Shown here piece by piece: positions 20,241 through 31,623 of a stretch of 64,000 bases of DNA (the stretch's first letter is position 1; every line of letters starts with the position of its first letter). Both the position numbers and the translations under genes were made by a program. The notes beneath the pieces were generated by a model that was not told where the DNA came from, searched no databases, and saw only the letters and a program-made list of their open reading frames with translations. The stretch spans positions 256,001-320,000 of the forward strand of contig CAWHEP010000009.1 in assembly GCA_963828525.1 (NCBI GenBank), in the 5' to 3' direction. The DNA comes from an uncultured Verrucomicrobiae bacterium. Its GTDB lineage: Bacteria > Verrucomicrobiota > Verrucomicrobiia > Chthoniobacterales > Chthoniobacteraceae.

Positions 20241-23200
20241 TTAGCCCTGCACGAAGCGCTTGAGGGCTGCTTCTAGCTGGACGGGCCTCAAGGGTTTGCT
20301 GAGATAATCGTTCATGCCCGAAGCAATGCATTTCTCACGGTCACCAGCCATAGCATCCGCGGTAAGGGCGATGATATAGATGCCGTGAGCCTGGTTCTTC
20401 GCTGCCTCCCCTCGCCTAATTTCGCGAGTGGCTTCCAATCCATCCATGACGGGCATATGCATATCCATCAGAATGAGATCATATTCTCTGCTCTGCACTG
20501 CTTCCACCGCATCCTTGCCAGTGGGAACGATGTCAGTGGAATAGCCAATTTTCTTTAGCATGAGGCTCACAATCCGCTGATTCACGGGAAAATCTTCCGC
20601 GATGAGAATGCGGAGCGGGAAACTCTCTCCCAGCTTCACCGCCAAGGTGCCTTGGGGCACTCCCTCCGGGGTTGTAGTAGGTTTTTTGAATCCTGTTCGC
20701 TTCCCATAGGACTCGTAAAATCGTGTCATGGAGGTGGGATTGCCGGGCGGGTTTATTCACGACCGCCTGAATTCCGGCTGCCCGGGCCAGCAAGTTGGCG
20801 TTCGCCATGCCAACCGGGGCGAGGAGAATGAGGGGCGTGTTGTTGCCCTCTGCCATTGACCGTATGCGAGTGCCCAATTCAATGCCATCCATCCCCGGCA
20901 TGCTCATGTCCAGAAGCGCCAGGTCGAACTTCTCTCCAGACCGCAAACGGTCCAATGCAGCCGCAGCGTCTGATGCCTCAAATGTGCTTAGCCGCCACCG
21001 ACGCAGTTGATGACACAGAGCGGCGAGATTGGCTTTGCTATCGTCCACTATCAAGACACGGATACCGTCAAGGTGAGTTTCCTTGGCTTCCTCCGCGGGC
21101 GGCTCGGCAGCGGGAGCTGAGATCTGAAAGTGGAACACGGATCCCTGGCCGGGAACGCTGTCGACAAGGATTTGGCCACCCATCAACTCCACCAGGCGTT
21201 TACAGATCGCGAGACCGAGCCCGGTCCCACCAAACTTCCGCGTGGTTGAGGAGTCGCGCCTGTGAAAACGGCTTGAATAATCTGGCAAGCCCATCGGCGG
21301 CAATTCCAATGCCGGTGTCGCGCACACTAATCCTTATGGCATCCGAACTCGCGCGCGGGCATGGCTCGACCGTCACCACCACTTCTCCAGCGGCGGTGAA
21401 CTTAACGGCGTTGCCGACAAGGTTGACCATCACCTGGCGCAGCCGGGCAGCGTCGCCACGCACCCAAACTGGCACATCGTTACGGAAGTCGCAGACCATC
21501 TCCACAGATTTGGTCGAAGCCGCTTGAGCGGTGAGACCAATCGCTTCCTCCATACACGCGCGAATATTGAAGGGCTCGTGTTCAAGTTCCAGGTGCGCGG
21601 ATTCTATCTTGGAAAAATCAAGAATGTCGTTGATGAGAAGGAGCAGCGAGTCGGCGCAGTTCCTGATATTCTCCACAAAGTCGCGCTGGAGATGGTTCAG
21701 CTTCGTATCCAGGAGGATGTTCGTGAACCCGATCACTCCATTCATAGGCGTGCGAATCTCGTGGCTCATCACCGCGAGGAAGTCGCTCTTCGCATGATTC
21801 GCCGCCTCGGCGCTCTCCTTGGCCTTCTCGAGTTCAAATTCCACGCGGCGACGCTCCGTGATATCCCGCTCCATCGCCATAAAGTTGGTGAGCTCGCCTG
21901 CCTGATCGAAAATGGGCTGCACCTCTATGGCAGACCAATACTTCTGCCCCACTTTGCTGTAATTGACGATTTCGACACTGTAGCCCCTGCCGTTTTTCAA
22001 CTGCTCGCGCATGTATGAAACGGTTTCCAAATTCGTCTCCGGCCCCTGCAACAGCCTGCCTGGGTTCTTCCCAACTGCCTCATCAAAGGAGTATCCCGTC
22101 ATTCCGTGGAAGGCTTCGTTCACCCATACGATGTTGGCATCGACATCGGTAAGGATCACCGCGTTATCCGTGCGGGAGGCAATATGAGCCAGTTTTCGCG
22201 ACTCCTCCTCCTGCCGGCGCAGTTTCTGGCCGATCTCGCGCAGCGCCGTATTCTGCTCGCTCAGCCGAGTGTTGGCGCCTTTCAATTCTGCCTCTGCTTC
22301 TTTCCGTCTGCCAATATTCTCGATAGTTCCGATCATCCGCAGAGGATGTCCCTGCTGATCCCGTTCGATGACCCGGCCGCGCGCGCAGAGCCAAACCCAG
22401 TCTCCATTCTTATGCTGCGCCCTGTGCTCGACATCAAAGATCGGCAGTTGGCCTTGATGATGCAGATCAAGAGCCGCCAGGACGAAATTCTTGTCGAAGG
22501 GATGGATGGAGTTTTTCCATGTCTCGATTGTCTGGTCCATCTCATCCAGTCGATACCCGAGTAATTCAGCCCAGTGTGTATCGTAGTAGACTCTTCCGCT
22601 GATGATGTCCCAATCCCAGAGGCCCTGTTCCGATGATCCCAGCGCCAACTGCAATCGCTCCTGGTTGAGTCGGAGGGCTTCCTCAGATTCCTTTCGCTGA
22701 GTGATGTCAGTCAGCGTTCCGGTGGTTCCCGTTATGGCATTGTTGTCATCCAGGCTCGGTTGGGCATAGACCTCGATCCAGCGAAAGCCTCCGCTCAGAG
22801 TCAGATACCGCGCTTCGAAACGGCAATCGTCCTTTTTGCGGCCCATAAGGGACTCGAACTCCAGACGGCTTCGCTCACGATCATCCAAATGAACATAATA
22901 GGAGGCGGGTTTCCCAAGACAATCCTCCACAGGGAAACGCGTAATTTCCGTCCATGAAGGATTGAGGAAAATCCATCGGCCTTCGGCGTCGGTTTGGAAG
23001 ATCGCTTCCCGCAGATTATCCACCACGGAGCGATACCGCGTCTCGCTGCGCCGAAGCGCGGAGACACCCTGCTTTTGTTCAAGCGCGATATCCAGTGCCT
23101 GCTTGCGCGACCGGGTCACCCGCCAGCCGACCATCATTGACATGGCGAGCGCGCCCGCGACCGCCGAGAATACTCCTTTGCGCAGTCCTCCAATTCTCGC

Positions 23201-23782
23201 GTCCAAGTCGTCCGCGGAAAGATCGACGCCGACAACGCCGACGCGATTCCCCGCTGAATCGAAGATGGGCGCAAAGGCGCGAAGAAAGGCTCCAATGTTA
23301 TCACGCACTGGCCCGGCGTCGGTGCTCACGGAACCTTCTGTGAGAGCAGAAACCATTTCACTATCCGGCTCACCGCAAATATCCATGACGGCAGAAAGTC
23401 TCGCAGGATGCTGGGGGAGCGGGCCCTGCCGATTTGTGGTGGTATCGAGGACAAAAAAGACCTCACCCTCTCTTAGAACCGCCGTGTAGAGGTTGCTTAT
23501 TTCAGGGAGCGCTTCGCGCAGCTTCAAGAGAGGGGCCAGTGCCTTGCGATAAGCCTCCCCGCCAGCCTGTGACGGCGAAGTGAGCGTCTTGTGCAAATCG
23601 CCATCCACAAGGCTGGCCGCAGTCCGGGCCAAGCGCCGCAGATCGCTTTGAACCTCGACCATCTCGTTCTGTCTGGCTTGCGTATAGACCCACCAGATGC
23701 ACGACCAGGCCGCTACGAGGATGCACGCCGCAGTGATAACCCCATCCCGAACGGGCTGAATAGAGAGGTTTGCCTTGGCCAT
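20241..23782 (-). CDS. Hybrid sensor histidine kinase (TM-periplasmic sensor-TM, 3 PAS, HisKA, HATPase, 2 REC); split by two apparent frameshifts
   Basis: [25 protein letters not shown], then in another frame [17 protein letters not shown] (break ~21257), REC1 [11 protein letters not shown], and REC2 [11 protein letters not shown] after a break at ~20700. Confidence 0.9.
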
Positions 23783-23829
23783 CGGAAGCGGGCGCGACTA
23801 CGCAAGTTCAGCAACCTGAAGCTGAGTAG

Positions 23830-24414
23830 TTACAGCGTTTGTAAGTCTGGCCATGCTCGCAGAACCTCTCCCCAATCCGGCAGCGAAGCGCCCGCGGAAG
23901 CCAGGATCACGAGAACGGGCTCGGGCCCGGACTTACCGAGGCTGAGCCGCCGAAGCGCTGTTTTCCACCAGAAGACCAAAGGACTCGAAAACTGCGATGC
24001 TCCATCTGAAAACCAATAAACGGCTTCGGCCGTGCCTTCCCCTTTGTGCAAGTGAACTTTGAGCGCGTTCCCGTTCGTCATTTGGATCACGCTACGGGAC
24101 GAGATTTCCCATCCTGCTCCGCGGAAACAGAATGACGGGTCATGGATAGCGTGACGGTTTCGAGTGCCGTCCACGACTGTGAGGATTACACATTCGCCAC
24201 GCACCATCGCCACCCGACGCACGACAGTGGTCTTGACGAAATTCATCTGCTCTGCCGGCGCGAGAGCGATATCATGAGATTCGATCCCAGGAGCAGAGCA
24301 CGGAAGGCTCGAAAGCCGCGCCGAGGCGTCGGGCAGCGGATAGAACTCCCAAACGATGCCGAAAAGAAGCCCGCAGGGGATGAATATCCAAAGGAGCTTG
24401 AGGCGCGCTGTCAT
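23830..24414 (-). CDS. Exosortase-associated EpsI-like periplasmic protein
   Basis: N-terminal TM, NRHAIHDPSFCFRGAGW (H-x-P-xx-C-x3-GW), VYWF. ATGA-coupled to the upstream gene. Confidence 0.7.
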   Translation of the reverse strand: MTARLKLLWIFIPCGLLFGIVWEFYPLPDASARLSSLPCSAPGIESHDIALAPAEQMNFVKTTVVRRVAMVRGECVILTVVDGTRNRHAIHDPSFCFRGAGWEISSRSVIQMTNGNALKVHLHKGEGTAEAVYWFSDGASQFSSPLVFWWKTALRRLSLGKSGPEPVLVILASAGASLPDWGEVLRAWPDLQTL

Positions 24415-24863
24415 CGTTTCATTCCGATCTGGACAAGGATTCCCGCGGCAGCGATGCCGACGCGAAGACAATTAACTGTGAATGGACCCCGAGCGCTTAG
24501 GATCCAGCCCAAAGCCGGAAGCCAGCTCGCCGCCGTGCCCAAACAGAAAATCCTAGACATCGCGCGACCTGTGGCAATACCCGCCATGGAAGCGAAGATG
24601 ACAGCAAGCCCCGCGTCCTTGATCACATTGAGATCCAGCGCTACGCCGAGGAGGGTAATACCTAGCGCCGCAGCGAGCCACACCGGACGCGGACCGGACG
24701 CATGGTAGAGAATCAGCAGAGGGAAACTCCAGATCAAAAAGGCAAGCGCGCCCATTTTGTCAAAGGGTGAGTGGATCCACGCCGTCATGATGTCCCGTGA
24801 CTCCCACGCGCAGTAGAGACACACGGCGAGTCCAGCAAGCCTGAGCTGCTGTTCCTGTTTCAT
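24411..24863 (-). CDS. Small membrane protein resembling an exosortase N-terminal region
   Basis: MKQEQQLRL...AWIHSPFDKMGALAFLIW..., about 5 TMs; ATGA overlaps on both sides. Confidence 0.6.
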   Translation of the reverse strand: MKQEQQLRLAGLAVCLYCAWESRDIMTAWIHSPFDKMGALAFLIWSFPLLILYHASGPRPVWLAAALGITLLGVALDLNVIKDAGLAVIFASMAGIATGRAMSRIFCLGTAASWLPALGWILSARGPFTVNCLRVGIAAAGILVQIGMKR

Positions 24864-25678
24864 ACCGCGCGCCTTCCGGCAGCGGCGATCACACGAAATA
24901 CGCCCTGGCAAAGGAGGAACATCAAACACAGCACCAGCCAGCCACCAACCTGATGAAACCAGCCCATGGCAAAACTGGCTCCCATCGACAATCCCGCAAA
25001 GCCTAACATCACGATGCGGATTGTATTTGAGAGCCATGCTAGAGGAGCGAGGAGCGCGACCGCGATCCAGAAGCGAAATCCGGGAGGCACTTTCATGAAG
25101 ATGAGCGCGAAGCCCGCAATCAAAGTCGCCTGAAGGACGTTCATGCCGGCGCAGCCCGGTTCGATGGAGAGAGGCAAATCCTGAACCAACAGGAATGTGC
25201 CCTCGCGCTGCACATGATAGCCCAAACACGTATAGATGAACTCAGCAGCGGCGGCGCCCAAGAATCGGAACCACCAACCGATGGCCTGCCCATCCAGAGT
25301 GATCCAGGGAAACCCCAGGAACGGGAGAAGGACCAGGCGTCGCGGAGATCCCTCTGTAAACACAATGAGGAAAAGGTACAGACACCCACACCAGGCGGGC
25401 CGCAAGCAGCAGTGTCATATCCAGAACGATGCCAGCGAGCACAAGCAACAGGGCGCACGCCATTACCCGCGCGGAAAATTTCCCAGGAGTGGACCGCCAA
25501 TTCCAGGCCGTCCAAGCCAGGCATAGAGCGGCACAGCCACAAACACGGGTAGAGTCTCTTCAGCGCTGAGGATCCAGGATCGATTGCGGAGCCAGATGAA
25601 CAGCGCGAAAATTGCAAGTCCCCCAATCGCAACGTTCCGGCGCCTGGACAGATCAGAACTCGGTAAGCGAGGGGCCAT
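24860..25678 (-). CDS. Exosortase/archaeosortase family protein (two compensating apparent frameshifts near 25506 and 25398)
   Basis: Catalytic motifs IEPGCAG (Cys), SNTIRI (Arg), FHQVGG (His). The N-terminal TMs lie in other frames. Confidence 0.8.
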
Positions 25679-25691
25679 GGGACGAAGCAGT

Positions 25692-25707
25692 AGCATCTTA
25701 CGTACCG
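25692..25707 (-). promoter_or_regulatory. Sigma54-like -24/-12 promoter (CGGTACG-TAAG-ATGCT) for the exosortase operon
   Basis: GG-N10-GC spacing; resembles TGGCACG-N4-TTGCW. Confidence 0.35.
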
Positions 25708-25877
25708 GGCATGTGAGCTGCTGCTATCAAACTCGCAGAGGGCACCCTCGTCGTCATGGCTACAACCGCAGTTCCACGAAGCCACTTAACGCCTCCGGCC
25801 CCCCAAGCTGTTTTAAGAGCTGTCCAAAACGGCGCGGGGTGGACGCGACAGACCTCTTCGATGGATTGGGACGGGAA

Positions 25878-25893
25878 GGGTATGGATTCTGCT
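25878..25893 (+). promoter_or_regulatory. Sigma54-like -24/-12 promoter (GGGTATG-GATT-CTGCT) for EPS operon 2
   Basis: GG-N10-GC spacing, 27 bp before the GTG at 25920. Confidence 0.3.
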
Positions 25894-25919
25894 AAAGAGG
25901 ATTCTCAAATTCGCAACTC

Positions 25920-27129
25920 GTGAAACTCCTTCTCATCTATCCTTACGTCCCGTATCCGCTGAATCGGGGCAGCTACCACCGGGTGTTCAACCTGGCCAGG
26001 GAACTGGGGAAGCGTCACGAGCTGGACCTGTTCTGCCTTGACGACAGCAGTTCGGAATGTCACCGCGCGGTATTTGAGGATTTTACCAAACGGATTTGTT
26101 TTCACCCGTTTCGTAACGCCCCGTGGCCCAGTCTCTTTCCATCGAGGATCTTGAACTCGACTCCAGCGACGATCAGACACTGGTCGCAGCCCTCCGTTGC
26201 GGAAGCGATCCAGACATTCACTTCTGGGAGACATTACGACATCGTCCATTTCTGCGATCTTGTTCTCTGGCAATACGTCGCTCCGATGCCGACCGGTCCC
26301 CTCCTTGTGATGGATCGGAGCCGGGTGGACCTGCTGTTCCAAACTGAGGAAATTCAGAATTTGAAACTCAGGCTCAAGGACAAGTTTCTTAGGCGTGAAA
26401 ACATATGGAAGCTCAAGCGGTACGAAAATGAAGCGGCGGCAAAGGTGGACGCTACCGTCGTGTGCGGCCCCGACGACGAGACGTTTCTGAGGAAGGAAGT
26501 GCCAACTGCCAGGCAGATCAAGGTCACTCGCCAACGGGGTCGATGAAACTTTCTTTCACCGAGATGACTTCCCCCCAACTCCCGATGCCGATCCAACGAT
26601 CCTATTTTGCGGCGCGATGGACTACTCACCAAACGTGAATGGGCTTGCGTGGTATTTCGAGCATTGCGACGCGATTGTCCGCAAGATGCTGCCTTCGCGC
26701 CGCATCCTGATCGTGGGAAAAAACCCCGCGCCGCAGGTACGGGCGCTGGCTGAAATCGCTGGCGTCACAGTCACGGGCGAGGTGCCGGACGTTCGGCCCT
26801 ACTATCAGCAAGCATGGGTTCAGATGGTGCCGCTGTTGATCGGCGGCGGAACCCGGCTGAAGATCGTCGAGTCTCTCGCCTTGGGCACGCCCGTGGTTTC
26901 GACATCCATTGGGGCGCAGGGGCTGGCGCTGGAGAACGGGGAGCATCTGCTGCTCGCAGACGATCCGGCAGGATTCGCCGACGCCCTGCGCAAAATCCTA
27001 ACGGATACTGATCTGCGGGCAACACTTGCGGAAAGTGGACGCGCGCGCGTTCTGGAGCGTTACACGTGGGGTAAGCTCGGAGAGGAACTTTCGCATTTCT
27101 ATGAGGAGCTGCACGAGAGCCATGCTTAG
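25920..27129 (+). CDS. Glycosyltransferase family 4 (apparent frameshift ~26526)
   Basis: PYPLNRGSYHR N-terminus. Removing one base gives KVLANGVD...FCGAMDYSPN...GGGTRLKIVESLALGTPVVST. Confidence 0.85.
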
Positions 27130-28582
27130 CCTTCCCGAGCCGCGAATCTTCATCCTGCTGGGCATCCCTTTCCACGATGTGACGATGCAGGAAACCCTGG
27201 ACCACATCGATGGGATGATCGAAGCGGGCAAGCCGGCCTATCTGGCCACGGCAAATCTGGATTTCGCGGCGCAGGCAAGCCGGGACGTGGAGCTGCAGCG
27301 CATCCTGTTCGATTCCGAGCTGGTTTTGTGCGACGGCACCCCGCTTGTGTGGGCCTCGCGCTGGCTGGACGCGCCATTACGCGAACGGGTGGCGGGGTCT
27401 GATCTCATGCCCTTTTTGTTCGCGCATGCCGCCAAGAAAGGGCACCGCCTCTATTTCCTGGGATCATCCGAGGAAGTGCTCGCAGCGTCTGTTGAAAAGT
27501 GCCAGGAGCGCTATCCCGGGATACAGATTTGTGGCACGTATTCGCCGCCACACGCCAAATTGCTGGACATCGATGACGAAGACATACTGAGGCGCGTTCG
27601 CGAAGCGTCACCAGACATCCTCCTGGTGGCAATGGGATGTCCAAAGCAGGAAAAGTGGATTTACCGCCACTATAAAAGCCTGGGTGTGCCCGCGATAATA
27701 GGCATCGGCGCGAGCCTTGATTTCATTGCGGGGAAATTCCGGCGCGCCCCCGTGTGGATGAGGGTGGCCGGCCTCGAATGGGTGTTCCGGCTTATTCAGG
27801 AGCCGAGGCGCCTCTTTAGCCGATACTATTTCGACCTCTTGTTTTTTGTTCGCACGCTGCATAAGCAGAAAAGGCTGCTGAAACAAACAGGGACGGAAAT
27901 GCTCCCCTCTGAAAAGGTGGAGCCCTCCTCCTGGCGGACGGTCGCGCGCCACCGTTGGGCGGGCCGGATCGACGCGGCGGCAATTGAGGCAGAGGCCGTC
28001 CAGGCTGTCACGCCCGCGCCGGGTAGCCCAAATGTTGTGGTCGATTGCTCGGAAGTGACATTCATCGACAGCACAGGCCTGGGACTTTTCATCAAAAGTT
28101 TCCGGCGCTGCAAGCAAGAGGGGGGAGCGTTCGTCGTTTTCTCCCCCAGCAAAGCAGTCGCCGACATGCTCACGGTGATGCATCTGGACCGCCTGATTCC
28201 AATCGCCAAAAGCGAGAAGGAGATCGAATCAATCATCAAAGAGGGGGCGCCTGTCACTCTGGAGAAACTCCAGCCACCTGACGCGCAAGGATCCATGACC
28301 CTGCCTCTCGCGGGCGAAATCACGGCTGCGACTGTCTCAAGCTGCGAAAAATTCCTGCGGGATGCCTTGAACGGGTCAGGCGAAGCCAGCCACCTGACGC
28401 TTGATCTAAGCAAGGTGTCATTTATCGACAGCTCCGGACTGGGTTTTCTTATCAAAGCTCTCAAGCTCGTAAGACAGCGCCCCGGGGCTACGCTGACCAT
28501 TGGCAACCCTTCCCCGAATGTGGTGAACGTCATTCAGTTGGCCAACCTTGGCGGCGTTTTTGGCCTTCCCACAGCCCCATGA
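27122..28582 (+). CDS. WecB/TagA/CpsF (GT26) glycosyltransferase fused to two C-terminal STAS domains
   Basis: TANLDF, CDGTP, RVAGSDL, MGCPKQE, GIGASLDF, RAPVWM...GLEW..RL.QEPRRL..RY. These are followed by VDCSEVTFIDSTGLG and LDLSKVSFIDSSGLG. Confidence 0.9.
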   Translation: MLSLPEPRIFILLGIPFHDVTMQETLDHIDGMIEAGKPAYLATANLDFAAQASRDVELQRILFDSELVLCDGTPLVWASRWLDAPLRERVAGSDLMPFLFAHAAKKGHRLYFLGSSEEVLAASVEKCQERYPGIQICGTYSPPHAKLLDIDDEDILRRVREASPDILLVAMGCPKQEKWIYRHYKSLGVPAIIGIGASLDFIAGKFRRAPVWMRVAGLEWVFRLIQEPRRLFSRYYFDLLFFVRTLHKQKRLLKQTGTEMLPSEKVEPSSWRTVARHRWAGRIDAAAIEAEAVQAVTPAPGSPNVVVDCSEVTFIDSTGLGLFIKSFRRCKQEGGAFVVFSPSKAVADMLTVMHLDRLIPIAKSEKEIESIIKEGAPVTLEKLQPPDAQGSMTLPLAGEITAATVSSCEKFLRDALNGSGEASHLTLDLSKVSFIDSSGLGFLIKALKLVRQRPGATLTIGNPSPNVVNVIQLANLGGVFGLPTAP

Positions 28583-29736
28583 TCCGTGTCGCTCTCTCGA
28601 CCTCAGTCATCCAGCGCGGAAAATCGGGAGTGGCCAGCTACGTCTTTGGCCTTATCGAGGGGCTGCTTGCAACGGGTGCTCCCTTGCAGCTCTCGCTCAT
28701 CGGATTCTCTGAAGACAAGCCCCTCTTCAATCGCTGGCTCGACAGATGCCAGTGGATTTCTGTAGCTGAAGACTTCAGACCAGCTGTGCGGGACATCCTG
28801 TGGCATGCAACAAAGCTCAGGGGGATCCTGCGCCGGGAGCGCGCGGAGATCCTTCACATACCCAGCTACCGACGAATTGTACCAAAGCCTCCGGTTCCCC
28901 AGGTGGTGACGATTCATGACTGCGCCGCGTTCCGAGTGCGGGGCAAATACGACATCGCCCGGATGATTTATGGGAAACACGTAGTCCGCCAGCTAGCCCG
29001 GCAGGCCGACGTGGTAAGCACCGTGAGCCACTCGACGGCGCGCGACGTAGAACAGTTTTTTGGGATCAAGGAAGCGGACGTGCATGTGATTTGGAATGGA
29101 ATAGATCACGCGGCATTTCACCCCTTTTCGCCAGATGGCATTGCGACTGCGATGAAGCGTCTTGGACAGCAGCGACCCTATTTCATCTACCTCGCGCGAC
29201 TTGAACATCCCGCAAAGAACCATGTCCGCCTGATCGAAGCCTTCGAGGCGTTTTGCGCGCGCAATCCTGATTGCGCGGAGGAATTGCTGTTTGGAGGGGC
29301 CGACTGGCACGGCGCTGAAGTCGTGCATGCCCGCATCGCGTCTTCGTCCCACAAAGACCGCATACGCTGCCTTGGCTTTATCCCAAAAGACGACCTGGGC
29401 TTCTGGTATGCCGGGGCCACGGCGATGGTTTATCCTTCGCTTTTTGAGGGATTTGGATTGCCCCCTGTTGAGGCGATGGCATGTGGCTGCCCCGTGATCT
29501 GCTCCGCGGCCGGATCCCTTGGCGAAGTCGCTGGCGACGCGGCCTATGTCATTGATCCTTTGGCTCCCGAGACGCTGACTGCCGCGATGGAGAGTGTGGC
29601 GCTGCAACCGGGCAAGGCTGACGCTTGGAGAAAGGCGGGAATCGCGCAGGCTGCGAAGTTCACGTGGGCCGCAGCCGCGTCTTCCATGTATAAACTGTAT
29701 GAAGGCGCCAGATCCGCGCGCATGGCATCGCAATGA
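28579..29736 (+). CDS. Glycosyltransferase family 4
   Basis: [37 protein letters not shown]. Confidence 0.9.
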   Translation: MIRVALSTSVIQRGKSGVASYVFGLIEGLLATGAPLQLSLIGFSEDKPLFNRWLDRCQWISVAEDFRPAVRDILWHATKLRGILRRERAEILHIPSYRRIVPKPPVPQVVTIHDCAAFRVRGKYDIARMIYGKHVVRQLARQADVVSTVSHSTARDVEQFFGIKEADVHVIWNGIDHAAFHPFSPDGIATAMKRLGQQRPYFIYLARLEHPAKNHVRLIEAFEAFCARNPDCAEELLFGGADWHGAEVVHARIASSSHKDRIRCLGFIPKDDLGFWYAGATAMVYPSLFEGFGLPPVEAMACGCPVICSAAGSLGEVAGDAAYVIDPLAPETLTAAMESVALQPGKADAWRKAGIAQAAKFTWAAAASSMYKLYEGARSARMASQ

Positions 29737-31623
29737 GCGGACTTCCCACGACAACTCCCGCGCTTGTAGAGGTCCCTGTGGAGACCGGCCTGCCGATTGA
29801 TCCGATGCGTCTCCTCGCAGGAATATGGAAGAGGAAGTTTTGGCTGCTAGTGGCCATGCTGGTGGGAACGGGCCTCGGCTTCGGGTTCGCCATTTACTCC
29901 GCAAAAACCCGATACATGGCGACCGTGCAACTCATCAAGCGCGAACTCCCGTCCTCCTTCAGGGTAGGCGAGATTGGCGAAGCGTTCCGCCCTCACCAGT
30001 TATCGGGAGGAACATTGGTGGGCGCGGCGAGTTCGTCCACGGTTCTTGAACAAGTCTCCCTTAAGACAGGCATCGCAGAAGCCGCTTTGGAGAGAGCGGT
30101 GGAAGTCGCCGAACAGCGCAATACAGAGTTCGTGTTTCTAACCATCACCGGGCAAAAAAGCGCGGTGGACACGGCGAACCTGGCGAACATCTGGGCCGTC
30201 GAAGTTGTAAACTTCACCCGCGAGCTGCAAAGCCAGGAGAGCAGGGAAACCCGTCAGTTCTTACAGACCCAGGTCGATTCGACGGATGTCGAGCTTCGGA
30301 AGGTAAACGATGAGATCCTTGAGTTCACCAAACGGGAAGATCTGGTTGACGCGGACAAGCAGATCACTGACTACCTGCGGACTTTAAGCGAGATAGATTT
30401 GAAGTACGAGACAGCCCGCATCGCGCTTGATACCATCGCGTTTAAAATCAAGGGCGTTGAAACCGAGTTGCACCGGCAGAGCCCGCTGGCCGAAAAGATG
30501 CGGATCGCGCAGTCGGAGCTGGAAGAACTGCGTTCGCAATACACCGACAAAAATCCGATTGTCGTGGAGAAACTCGAGAAGGTGAAGGGGCTCGCCGCGC
30601 AGATGCTAGCAGCGGCTGAAAACAAGGCAGCCGACCCATCCAGTTTTGCCGGAACGTTCCTTGGTAACACGCTGTATCTCGACCTGGTGCAATATCAGAA
30701 CGAACAGAAAGCTCTCAAGCAGGAGATGGACGCATACGACAGGCTGCGGAGCCTCCAACGCACGAAGCTAAACTCCATCCCCGAGAAGGCCGCGGAGTTC
30801 GCGCAATTAGGACTGCGAAAGCAATCCTTAGGGGTTGCCCGGGGGCTTTTGTTCAGCCGGCTGCGGGAAGCTCAGTTGTTCGAAGAGAACGCCCCTGGAT
30901 ATTACCGGATATTTACACAAGCCACTCCAGAGGCGGTCGTTAAGAAAAGCAGGATGTTAAAGACCGTTCTCTTCACCGTAGCCGGGGGCATTGTGTTCGC
31001 GGGTTTGGGGTTGGTTGTGGCACTTTCATGCGAGGTGCTTGATCCAAAGCTTCGCACAGGTTCAGAGGCAGCGAAGGCCATGCGATCCCCGCTGCTCGCC
31101 TCCATTCCCAGGGAGGGAGCGAGCGTCACCCTGGGTTCCGAACTTTGGTCGCGGTGGATCGGCTCGGGAAGAAGCAACCGCCTTCCGCGGATCATATGGT
31201 CCCCGAACCCGGGCGAGACGGAGCGCGTTTTTTGGGACACGCTGTTCGAGCGGGCGTCCAGCCTCTTGCCGGCTTTGAGGGTGATTAACTGCGGATCGGA
31301 TCCTCTTCCCGCGAGTCCTTCCATGAAAGTGAGGATCGAGCCTGTGGAAACCAGCCATGTATTCCATCGCCGAAGCAAACGACCTTGGGTTGCAACTTCG
31401 CGAAGCCTGTAAAAAGGGCGAGGAGATATGGATCCGACTTGCTGGGCCGATTCACGAACCTCTCACAACCATCGCCCGGTGCGGGCTGCCTGCTTTGATC
31501 CTGGTGGGCCTAAGCGAATCGAACACGGACTTTTGGAAAAAACAGGGCGATTTACTCGGGAAGACCGTCGGAACACCCGCAGGTGTTGTTACGATCGGCG
31601 ATACACCCTGGCGGAGACACTGA
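29733..31623 (+). CDS. Polysaccharide co-polymerase (Wzz/GumC-like) with degenerate C-terminal kinase-like region (apparent frameshift ~31356)
   Basis: TM-coiled coil-TM, LRSQYTDKNP, LDPKLRT; no GKS/T Walker A and no Tyr cluster. Confidence 0.75.
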
